Source of the DNA: Takakia lepidozioides
Taxonomy: Eukaryota; Plantae; Bryophyta
Direction of reading: 5' to 3'
Length of the DNA: 64,000 nt
Assembly: GCA_030704615.1 (NCBI GenBank)
Contig: CM060734.1
Span: forward strand, 62,806,001-62,870,000
The notes below the pieces were generated by a model. That model searched no databases. It was not told the origin of the DNA and worked only from the letters and a program-made list of their open reading frames with translations. Made by a program: the position numbers and the translations under genes. Each line of letters opens with the position of its first letter. Position 1 is the first letter of the stretch. Shown in pieces: positions 1-11,488 of this stretch.

Positions 1-804
1 CGCAACGGGCACATGAGGCGCAGGGAGGCGTGCTGCGCGGCAGCTGCCGCGCGGTGTGCGGGCGACGGAGGCGGGGTGGGCATGGGGTGGCGGGGGGGTC
101 CACGCTGGCTGAACCGGCTCCCTCGCATTCAACTCCAGGGCCCCATCTAATGCTTGGCTATATGTATATGTACCATATATTAAGGTTAGCACTACACTGT
201 ATACCCGGATTAGTAAGGCGTTTTGACCCCTAGAGCGGTTACAATTATGTATAAGACACGTTCCTGCTCACACAACGCATCTGCATTTCTAGCACCGTCT
301 CTCCATTAAAGGCGTTCAATGAATCAGCAAGCTACATCAGCATCTAGAGCATGAATACGATGTTTGGATCTTCTAAGCACATGGATGATGTGGGGAGACC
401 AGTTGTGCTGATAGCAAGAATGGTTTAGAGTTCCAGGCTCCTGGCCACTGAGGTGGTGACAGAGGGTTTCCTTGTGACATAGCTCATGGCCAAGCTGCTC
501 CACCCTGGAGCCCCTAGGGATGTCATGTGTGAATTGATTATTTTTAAAGAAAATCATTGAGAAATACAAGTGCCCATTCAATATATTATATGTAACCACC
601 AATTGCATATATATCCGCCAGTTTTAGGACACCTCTAACCGTCCTATTCACAACCGTCTAAATTTGAAGAATTTTGTAGAATAGATAACCGGTGAATATA
701 CTAAAATAAATCCTTATACATAACCATGGAGTGTGTCCGTCCCAAAAATATTGAAGTAACCTTAACCGGCGGATATATAAAATTCTTATAACCGGTCAAC
801 ACTG
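1..804. mobile_element. Right portion of a hAT-type non-autonomous element (MITE)
   Basis: Ends in ...ACCGGTCAACACTG at 804, the reverse complement of the CAGTGTTG terminus of the hAT element at 45220-48192. Repeated subterminal AACCG/CGGTT motifs lie in 230-800. Left terminus not identified. Confidence 0.5.
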
Positions 805-1520
805 GTTAGCACACCACCCCATTGATTATTATTATTGCAAATGTTAGAGGTTGCGCGCATAGCTACAATATTAATGTCATATTGCCAAGAGAACATGTTC
901 CCAGACCAACCCCACGACATTATCTGGTAGCCCACAACCCGGTGATTGCTGCTATCTGTGCTAAGCTTTGCTCATTCCCCACGTTGGCTCTCGGAGGTTG
1001 CTCGCAGCTCCAATCCAGAAGGGATCCAGTGGCCACTTGCCTCAATCCGATGATCTTTCGCAGGAAGCCCTCCCCAACATTCCTTGTCACTGCTAGGGAG
1101 AATATGAGCTTTGACTCTATCTGGATTTCTGTGCATGACATACAATCATTCATATCTAAGAGTCCTATGGACAACAGTCCCATTCCCACTTTATGCTCCA
1201 AAATTCAAGCCTACTTTCACTCTAATTTTTCTCTCTTCTCTCTCCTTTCCCACTCCACCGTAACTTGAGGTACTTACGCAGAGTCATTCCCTGGTTTACG
1301 TCAAGACCTTACCCCCAACACTAATATCCTCAACAACAACAACAACAACTGTAACACTTCTGTTAAAAGAGTTTGGGCCGGGTAAATCTGAATTTGCAGA
1401 GAGTTTGTCGAATTTGTGCATCAGATGCAGCTATAGTGTGCCAGAAGTGATTGGACAATTTGTGGTGGAGTACTTCGGAATGTGTCCATTTTTGGATATG
1501 TTGTTTGGTGTGGCTGAGGA

Positions 1521-1680
1521 CCCATATCACCAAAGTATTTCTCAAATACTATGAAATGTTTCTCAATGCGAAATCACTGCTGCTTACGTTTGTGTCCATA
1601 TCACCAAGTTTGTCTCAAATACCAGTAAGGGTTTCTCAATGCGAAACCCACCACTGCATAGGTTTGTGCCCATATCACCA
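1521..1680 (+). repeat. Degenerate ~74-bp tandem repeat (about 2.2 copies)
   Basis: Recurring CCATATCACCA...TCTCAAATAC...TTTCTCAATGCGAAA units. Confidence 0.6.
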
Positions 1681-2269
1681 CATCTTCATCAATGCCAAAC
1701 TCGTCGCTGCATGTTCCTGGCTACTCAGTTTTTGCCTCGTGGAATTGGCGCAGATGTACTGTATATATGCACCGGTCCTCTATTATACCCGCTTATGGTT
1801 TTATTCTGTTTTGGAAACATATAACTCCTACGACCGATGTTAGAAAAACATAAAACTCCCATGACCGTGGGTTGTGCTCACGCGATACCAACCCTTGATC
1901 TGTGGTATGTACAAAAACTCGGGTGGTTCCAGATAGGTCGGAAATCCGTAGAGTACCTACATGCAGGATATGATAAGGGTTTTGGAGAGGCCGATACCCT
2001 AGCCGACTGTTCTCAGCTCAATAGTTGTTGATGTTGTTACTTGTTTTGTCACTCGAACTCAGTTGCTGGTATCGGCGTTTAGGTATCAATGCGTGTAGCC
2101 TAGAGATGACGATAGCGTGATCTTTTCTAAAGTAGTGAGGAGTGAGGTATTTGGTCCATAATGTTGTACCTCAATATATTGTAAGCATGTGAATTTGCAT
2201 GCTATAATCAGTGTGACTTCCTTCTGAATGTAGTTTCTTAATACTTTACCACCCAACAACTCAATCGAC

Positions 2270-2900
2270 AAGTTGACAAGCTATCCCGCTTTAACCAATG
2301 GTCTTAGATGGAACGAAGCCTCCATAAATGCGCCGTCACAGCTGCGACCCATCGAAGACTTGCTATTGCCTCGCATTGCAAGCTATACATCCATTATCAA
2401 AACAAGTCATTTCCCTTCCTAGGTCGTGACAACCCTACACATACTTAGGCATCCAACTTGTCCCCTTGCTTTACCCGGCACATATAGAAAAGCTCTACTC
2501 TTGCTAAATTAACTTATAAGAGCTTAGTGCTACTCAAAGCGTCACTGGCCATAGGACCCAAAGAATCACTCATCCAGTCAGTTCTTGATATCAGCAGGTA
2601 TCACAGTTTTCATACCATTGTTGATTGAAGTCTGCAAATGTGAAATGCTGGCATTCAATTGATACCCTACAAGTACCAAAATCTGGGTTTTTTTTTAATA
2701 TTGCATACCTTTGTTTGGGACATCTCTAAATTTTTATACTACCAGGACCCTCCTGGTATCTCCAAAACACCATACCATACCAACACCGGACAGAACCTAC
2801 CCTGCAAGTTCTACCCAAAACCAGAGAACACCCGCCCAGCACTTCATTATACCTCTAGAAAGGTTCTCTTCCATTGGACATTTACCCTTAATTTTGAAGA
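2270..2900 (+). mobile_element. Highly degenerate non-LTR retrotransposon RT relic
   Basis: Broken frames around 2400-2460 give an IPFL...TYLGI-like RT thumb motif; many stops and frameshifts. Confidence 0.35.
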
Positions 2901-4559
2901 GCTTTTAAACTGACTCAAATTGTATGAGAAAGAGAGCGGGAGAACGATGCATGAATGAATGCACGAGCGTCGTGTGGGCCACAACACAAGGCATGAATGC
3001 AAATGCTCGTTGCGAGACGAGTGGAGACGCGTTTTGTGAGCAATTATGAGCGCTGCGTCCGAGGCAGGCTTCGCAGATGTTGGTTGCGGACAAGGGCATG
3101 TGAGGTGGTTGATGCGCGCTCTGCAGCCGCACTGTTTTTCCCTCTGACACCGCCGCACATTATTTGAATTGGATCGCAATTATGACCAACGTCACGTGCA
3201 TCACAAGACCAGCGATCGGTACTTGCAACCGTGCCAGGCTTGGGTTGCGTCCTTTTGCGCTCGGATCCTGATTCCTGACTGACCCACAACTTGGAGGGAT
3301 GCAAACTTGGGCGATGGAGTGTCAGAAGATACTTACTAAGAGCGGCTGTGGGCCTTGGTACATATAGCCTGACACTAGAAGCTGCAGCGATGCAGAGGCT
3401 GCTGCTATGCATCTCTGACTCAGTCACGTGTGGGCCACAGCTGAAATTGGAAACTAGAGCGACCACTTGAATCATACTGCAAGCCGCTTAGAAGGAGCGA
3501 CACCATCGCAAGCTAGACAAGACATGGGTAGCAAAACTTGCCTCAAGTTGAATAGGAATCAAAATGTTCGTGAAGGTGATTCATTTCTTTCTGTACTTTG
3601 GATCTACTGGATTCCTGTCGAGTCGGATGTCTGGATGCCTGGCCGATATATAGGCCTAGACAGCAACGACAAAGAAAGAAATAAACTTTGTAACGTCCGA
3701 AGAGAGCAACACCCAGCTCTCTTAGGGAGAGAGGGAGACAGGCAGCTTCATCTCTGGCGAACCTTGAAGTGACGTTACTTAGTACATTTCTTCTCGTACG
3801 TACTGGGTTTTCTGGCAGCAGAGGGGTTTGGCAGAGGGAGAGACAGCATTTTATTTTTGCCATTGCAAGAGGGCACACACTTTTCTTCTGAAGACATCAG
3901 TTTCCCCCCTCCCACCTCCTTTTTCAGACAGAACATCGTATCCACTACCTCTGGCGACGCAAACAAGCGCAGCACATTTTCAATCACCTCGAGCTGTGGG
4001 GTTCTTCTCTGTCGTGGACGTATGTCGCTCTAGCCGCTTTCCAAGTGCTGCTGTTTTGCAATGTAGGTACGAAAGTGCCATGTGCACTGCTGTATGCATC
4101 ATCTTGGCGGGCATTGAACTAAAAGCGAGGATTACATGAACTTGAGCTCCGGTGATTTACCCTTTGTGGAAGAGCTACAGTCATACGTAGATGATGGCCA
4201 TTTTCAGTTCCAGCAACTGGCATTTGGGATGGAGAGCTCCAAGTTTTCACTTTGAAGCAGGAGTGAGAGAAGGAATGTGTCCAGGCTGTAACCGCCAGGA
4301 ACGCAAATTTGTGTTATAGGCCATGATCGGCAACACCAGCTACTCTCGACATTGTATCGATTTCTACCAACGGATTGCTCCAAATGCAATTTCCACGACC
4401 TGCTTAATGACAGCCATTCCCCAACTCGATCCTTGATCAAGTCTTATATATGTCAAATTCAAATCAGTTGCAAGCTGATGCCTTTCCTTATTCACACTCC
4501 GAATGCCCATACAGGAGCTTCCTATAGGTAATCAACAGAGAAGCAGAGAGAGACTTCAC

Positions 4560-7500
4560 ATGAAAGCCATGGCCCATTCGTCTTCACGGTGTGGAGTTCT
4601 TAAATTGCTCTATTTGATTATTGTAATGGCTTCTCAGCTGCAATGCCACGCCTCCAGACCTATGAGACTCTTGCTGAAAAGCCCAGGCTCTTCAACTACA
4701 AGCACGACCACTTCAACATTGGACTCAAGTTTGGCTGAGTCTTTCGCAGTGCCAAAGGACACAATCGATCAAAGGTAGGACTGCCTGGTCCCTTCCTCCT
4801 CCCCTCTCTCAACTCTCCTTTCTATGTTGCGTGGAGCACAACATTATGAAGCCCGAAAATCAGAGTCAACCTTAAAGCATGAGAGAGTGCCTCGGTTGAT
4901 ACCAAGTGTACCATCACTTCCTTGCCGTGGTTTTCTCCGAACAACCAGGCCATCAACTTTATAATGTGTTAATAACGAGAGACCAAAGCAATTTGCAGAC
5001 TGTGCATACGTGACCTAGACTCATACTTCCAAAAGCTTTATGCAATTTGCAACAAATTCAAGAATTCTTTGATTCTCTGGCTTCCAGATGGATCTATGTG
5101 CACGCCTGAATTTAGATCTTGAGTCCAATGCTCAGGCACATCGGTCTTTGAAGAATGAGCTGATAGCAGTGACTTTCTCTCTGTCTCTCTCTTGGATTAT
5201 ATGGGAGGGCATCTTGTGGATAATATGTTCTGACCTCGATGTCCAGACGATTCAAACTTGAGCTGACCAGAAAAAGCATCTTGTGGATAATATATTCTGA
5301 CCTGGATGTCCAGACGATTCAAACTTGAGCTGACCAGAAAAATCCTCATGGGATTTTCAGAGTTTGATCTCTAAAAGAGATGTGTCTTGCACTTGTGCAG
5401 CAGGGAAGCGATCCCAAGCTCTTCACACAGGGTCTTGGTGGATGGATGTAGCACAGGGAACCCAATTGATGATTGCTGGAGATGTGATGCTAATTGGGAG
5501 CAAAACCGCCAATCCTTGGCTGATTGTGCTATTGGATTCGGCAAGCATGCCATTGGTGGCAGAGATGGGCAAGTATATGTTGTTACTGATGACAGTGACG
5601 ATGATGTGGTCACTCCTGCCAATGGCACATTGCGCTATGCAGTAATTCAGGAAGAACCCCTCTGGATAATCTTTGAACGAGACATGCAGATCAAACTCCA
5701 GCAGGAACTCATCATGAACAGCTACAAGACCATTGATGGCCGGGGAGCCAATGTCCACATTGCAGGAGGCGCTGGCATAACTATACAATATATATCAAAC
5801 ATAATCATCCATGGCGTACGTATATATGACTGTGTCCCCACTGGTCCTGCCATGGTCCGAGATTCACCCACGCATTATGGTCAGAGATTACGGTCAGATG
5901 GAAGTGCAGTGAGCATCTTCGGAGCCAAAAGCATCTGGCTGGACCACTTGTACCTTGCCAATTGTGCCACCAACTTGATAAGTGCTATTGAAGCTTCAAC
6001 TGCCATCACAGTGTCCAACAACTACTTCACCCGACATGATATGGTTCGATCATATATCCTGATGGCTGTTGCATGGTCACCATGATAAGATGGAGAGAAA
6101 AATCTAGGGTTTTGTCTTTCTATGCCTTCACTCTCATAATCTAGTCACCCGACTCTCTCTCACCTTTTCCTCCTGATTTTGGTTGCCATTCCAGATTTTA
6201 TTTCGTTTCTTCACAGACGTGCAGATGGTGTTGCAGATGCTTACAACGAACTGAATTTTCTTCGGGAGACCAATTATGCATTCCAAACTCTAGAACTCTG
6301 TGGACATGTATTCCAATGGTGATAATATATCGATCAGAACGTAATCACATATGAATCTAGTTACCATCTTCCTCTTTGCATCCTAACAATACTTATCTGT
6401 CACTGTGGGTGCTTGCAGTCACATAAATTTGTCTCATACACAGGCTCATGGATAAGGGCAACCAGCAGTCTCTGTGACATTTTGGACTTCCTGTGTAAAT
6501 GTGACTTATCTTGTTGCTGTCATGTAGGTTATGCTGCTTGGTGCTCACCCAGAAGATACCTTCGACACGGTTATGCAGGTGACGGTTGCCTTCAATCATT
6601 TTGGGCCAGGACTTATCCAACGCATGCCAAGGTAGTCGTGACATTGTTTTTCCTCTCTCTGTTTCTGCCCCCCATATTATTCCTAATATTTACACATACT
6701 TCTAAAATTGGTACAAAGTATTCTCTCAAAGCATTCAGCCACCTGCATCCAAAATCTGTGCAACTATCAACCATAATTAGATGAACACAACATTCTGTAC
6801 TGCTTAGGTCCCTGGATTGCAACTCCCTCATAATTGTTTTTTGACAGAGGGAACCGATGCTTGCTTAATGACCTCATGAGCCTCCTTCCTTCAACCTCAT
6901 AATGGAAGGACCTCGGAGTGGGGCTTATGTTCGATCTTTGAGGGGGAAAGTATGGTGGAATTGTGCAGATGCCGGTTTGGTTACTTCCATGTATTTAACA
7001 ATGACTACACACAGTGGGAAATGTATGCCATTGGAGGCAGTGAAGATCCCACCATCCTGAGTGAAGGCAATCGCTTCTTGGCTCCTGATGACAGTAATGC
7101 CAAAGAGGTTTTTGAATTCTTTCTTAATTCACATTTGATCTTTCCAGTAACCTATCTGATCTTTCTCTCTCTCCCTGGCACTAATGCATATGCACTACAT
7201 GGTCTTGTTTGAACAGAAATGTCTTCTGGTCAGCAAGTATTGGAGTCATTGCTGTTGAGGTTATCTTATATAGAGTGTAACCACATGATTTTCAGTTCTC
7301 CTCAAAAGGTGACTGACAATCGCAGGTGACCAAGCGTGTGGAGGACGGGGGTAATAATTATGGAGGCTGGGAAAACTGGAACTGGAGATCGTCAGGTGAC
7401 CTGTTTTTGAATGATGCATTCTTCACAAGTTCTGGAGCAGCTGATATTGACTCAGCCATGTATGATAAGGCCACCAGTTTTACTGCTCAACCAGCCTCCT

Positions 7501-8498
7501 ACGTGGGATCCTTGACAGCAAACACGGGCCCTTTCGAATGCGGATATGGGGTGGGTTGCTGGACACTTCCCCTGATGACCATCATTCGAATTTCCATTAA
7601 GAAGTCCCCTGAGTCCTAGATCATTGCCATCCTTTCCCGATGTAAAGGATTTTTTGTACCCTGTTTTCCACAATGGATTTGATATTATCTAGGAGCCCTG
7701 GCCCTTTTTGCAAGGAGTTCTTCATGGAAGAGAAATCTTTCCCTGGGACCTAGTGCACTTGTCTTAAGCCGGCCTCCTCTTCTCAATTACCCTTAAGAAT
7801 CTCAATCACCTAACCATGTATTGTGCTACTATCATATATGTACTACTCAGTTTTGTTGAGTCTCGGGATGCTTTTGGTGTGCAGAATTTCAAACTGCCAA
7901 CCAAAATTATTGCATCTTGGGAGGAAAGTGTAGTTCGGTGCTAGACACAGAAAAGGACCCCTCAGTGAATGAAAGTGCAGCCTGATACATAGATGTAGCA
8001 TCAAATGTGTCCAAGCGCATTTCCTACCTGTTCGGTCTTTTATTCTCAACCAGTGAGCTGACAATTTGAGCCATTTAGTGTTTCAAACTTCCACTTATTC
8101 TTTCAGTTCCTTGTGGAATTTACGAATTAGTTCCTGGCAAGAGGCACCGGCACTATTTGAGATGGTAATGTCAGAGCTGTCTCGCATGGTTTTGCATCTA
8201 TGGATTGTGATTAGGGTCAATTCCGGATGGACGGACTTCTTGAGTGCAGGGGTATGGATCATGTGGATCGAATGGATCGAGTGGATCGAATGGATCGAGT
8301 GGATCGAATGGATCGAGTGGATCGAGTGGATCGAGTGCTTCAATTACTGGATCAACTGACCCAAATGGATCCACTGGAGAGCCAGAGACAAGTAAAACAC
8401 TGGTCAATTCTCCTCGCATATCGGTGTCCCTATCTCTAGCATTTTGCTTTCTAATATTTTGTGCATTGACTGAAGAATGGTACAATTTTGTACTGTGA
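4560..8498 (+). CDS. Pectate lyase-like protein (PL1, PMR6-like architecture), probably catalytically impaired
   Basis: Exons 4560-4774, 5401/5404-6043, 6528-6631, 6969-7107, 7326-7550 (or read-through to stop at 7619) and putative 8250-8498, all GT-AG and phase-compatible. Signal-peptide-like N-terminus. PLL motifs [69 protein letters not shown]. Confidence 0.92.
5208..5343 (+). repeat. ~68-bp direct tandem duplication in intron 1
   Basis: GCATCTTGTGGATAATAT...AAACTTGAGCTGACCAGAAAA present twice back to back. Confidence 0.9.
8264..8337 (+). repeat. 9-bp minisatellite GGATCGART encoding Gly-Ser-Asn/Ser
   Basis: About 8 tandem units inside the putative last pectate lyase exon. Confidence 0.9.
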
Positions 8499-10670
8499 GC
8501 CTTAATTCACCCCAGACGTTGCTGGCCAGGAAATTGGTTGAGTAAATTTGATTGACAAAGCGAAGCTTGAAGTTCCTTATCAAACTAGTCCAGTAGTCCG
8601 ATTGTTGAATTATGATTCCATCAGCATCAAGTCACATTTTGGAAGGTGTCTGCAATCCTTGTTGGAAAGGTTGTTTGATAGTAAGGCTTGTCTGAACAGC
8701 TCCACGTAGCAATTCATCCAGTGCCCCCTTGTTTTCTCCCAACTTGTGTGGTTTTATAGCCCACCATTGGATTATCGGCTATGCACTGATTGTTTAAAGT
8801 TTCTTCTGCCACACATGGCAGTGAAATTAATGCCGTGACTGCTCTCATACCCACTGCAATTTTGGAACTTGGCTTTCTGTGGTATGGCTGGCCCACTATG
8901 CACCCTCACATACAGTCGAACCTGCTTTAATGTTAGGCCTCTAGAGTATGAATTTCCTAACAGATAGCCAGGTATCACATATAACCGGAAAGCAGGGCAA
9001 ACATTTACAAGAGGCACAGTAAACCAGGTTATGCCAATGAAAGATAGCATTTAATCATTGACTAGGTTGGAAATATGAAAGAATGTCGGTTTGTCGAGAA
9101 GTAGAATGCATAGCTAGCTAAAATCACTTCCTTTTGGATTGCTAAACACTTCACGAGGGGTCCCCTGCAAACATGTGCTGCGACGGTAAGAGAGACCAAT
9201 TCATTCACCAAGCCACACTAGGCTACGGAGAAGTCATCACCCTTCTACAGCGGGACACCTCACGTAGGGCTCCGCCAAATTCTCTTGGAACACATACGAG
9301 CCATGCCCGCTTCTTATGTTGGTTTCCAGGTTACCGTGTGAAGACTTTGCATTTAGGACAAACACATACATTTCGTTCACGGAACCAGGGCAAATGCACA
9401 TGCCATTGCGCACGATATAAATTTTAAGTGTGGATGGCAGCTTGAACCTCATGAACGGATGGATGGATGCTCATCTTGAACCTCATGAATGGATGAATGG
9501 ATGCTCTATTTTGGGGATGTCTCTTTATGGAATCTAACTAGTATGGAGGTGCGTTAACACTATGAAGAGTAGGATAAACGAACAATTAACCACTTAACAC
9601 TCTTGACATGGTTTTTAGTGTATTTTTTTTGCACAATATCAAAACCATAACAATTACAGTGAAATAACACATAAGCAGGTAACAGTAAGGCAGGGTCGAC
9701 TGTATCCTTGGTGGCTGAAGTTTCCATTTTAATGATACTCCAAGGAAACATTATGGATGAAAAGAAAGGTCAGAGGTAGCACTATTTTAACACTACAGTT
9801 GGATCTGGCTAAGTGGTACCTCTATAAGTGTTAAAAACCCATAACTGTTATGGAACTTCTACTCCCGCAGAAAATACACTAGCAAGTGTTAAGTGTTATA
9901 AAAGTTTTATTCCCTTCTTTATCAAAATGACCCATGTAAGTGTGAAGGGTGAGGATAATGGATTAGAATCATGATAAGGCTTGCATGGAAGTAGCCAGTA
10001 ATAATCCATATCAGCTGATCTAAAATAAATCCTCTTCATGTGGTCACAATTTGTTTACTAAAACCACCAACCACCAACCTCACGATACCACTTCCACAAA
10101 CGCAACCTTTACCCAAAATCAGCGACGTGAACTGCGATCAGTGAGAGGTTTGCACACCATGCAGAAAACCTGGAATCTATTTGAGGTTAGAGCACACATA
10201 AGTGAGAACTATACGTGTATCAATTGTACTGCTTGGAGGTGGTTATCAAATGCACATCCCAAATGCACATGTAGACTTCATCTTTGGGCTTCTCTTGGAT
10301 TAGATTTTGCTATCAGAAAAAAAGAGGAATTATGGATATGCATGCACCTGAGGCTCAACTCATTGACGAAGAAGAAGATGCCTTTGTTTGATGATCATGT
10401 AGCCAGGTCCAACTGTAGCTAGATCGCATGACCCAATTGAAGTGTTTAGTCAAAACGTCATAAATGTGCAAGATTCAAAATATGTATATACACACGGAGA
10501 AGACTATGCTTACCATTTACTGAACGAACGAATTGAATGCAAGTGTGGAAGCCTTGCCGGTACGGCAGCGCGAGATGATGGCCATACCGGCGATGTTCCG
10601 ACGAGGTGTGCTGTCAAATCTCCATCCACCCTTGCTCTCCTCTCACCTGCGAGTCTGTATTGTAGATTAA

Positions 10671-11488
10671 CCCCTAAGCGACCAGACCTGTTTTTGGATT
10701 TTGGGACAACATCGGGATCCACCCTCACACGTCAGCCTGTAGTTGCCTACCCCGTTCATCCACGTGGATGAACCGTACAAAGTCATATCTACCTACCATA
10801 TGCACAAGCATCCCAAATTTGGGGTGATTCCACCGTTTTGATTGGGAGATTACAGCAATTAAAAATGGTGCATTTTCTGAAAAAAAATGAAAAAAATGAA
10901 AAAAATGAAAATAAAAAAAAAAAAAAAAAAAAAAAACCAAAACTTCATGTTTGACCAAGCAAAAAATCAATGTCACAAAATTTTGCTGGGAGAAAAAGTG
11001 CCATATTCTAGTGTAATGCTCCATCCCCAACCCTTTCACCAAATTTCAGATGAATCTGCTAAAAATTAGGGGGGGTGTTTTGTATATGAAATCTGGGGGT
11101 AAATTATCATGGTTTGGCTTCTTACCCAAGTAAAGCCATGACCTGATATTTTTTTTCTAATTCCTCTCGTAAGTAGATGCACATTAACATTACATAGTGC
11201 CTTGTCAAAATAATTTGGCATTTTGAGAAAATCTGAGCCCTAGATGTTGTTTTTAAGATTCATCATTTGGCCTGCCTTGTAGGCAAGTCAACGCTGAATT
11301 TGCACTTTGAAAAATTCTAGGGATGAGAGCTTTTAATATTTGAGGGTGCTTTAAATTCGCACATGTGCTTCTTCTTAACCCCCTCACTTTATCTTTGGGA
11401 CCCACCTCCATCCACTCACATCCACGAGAGGTGGATCCTGGTGCCCGACTGAAGCGACCCAAAATCGGGTCGCTTCGTCGTTTAGGGG
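10671..11488. mobile_element. piggyBac-like non-autonomous element (MITE), 818 bp
   Basis: TTAA at 10667-10670 and 11489-11492. TIR CCCCTAAGCGAC / GTCGTTTAGGGG (11/12). Subterminal palindrome GAAGCGACCC-N6-GGGTCGCTTC at 11451-11476. Removing the element restores a sequence matching the uninterrupted copy at 44630-44656. Confidence 0.8.

Noticed and set aside
184-812. GTTAGCAC at 185-192 and 805-812 as the 8-bp TSD of a complete 612-bp hAT MITE
   Set aside because: The sequence after the left copy does not match the CAGTGTTG TIR, so the left boundary is unsupported.
8066-8485. ORFs with WIEWIE, HSIHSI, DPLDPF or DRMDRV repeats as separate genes, or the repeat as a CRISPR array
   Set aside because: These are alternative frames of a spacerless 9-bp minisatellite. 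Only the GSN frame has an in-phase acceptor and a sensible hydrophobic tail.
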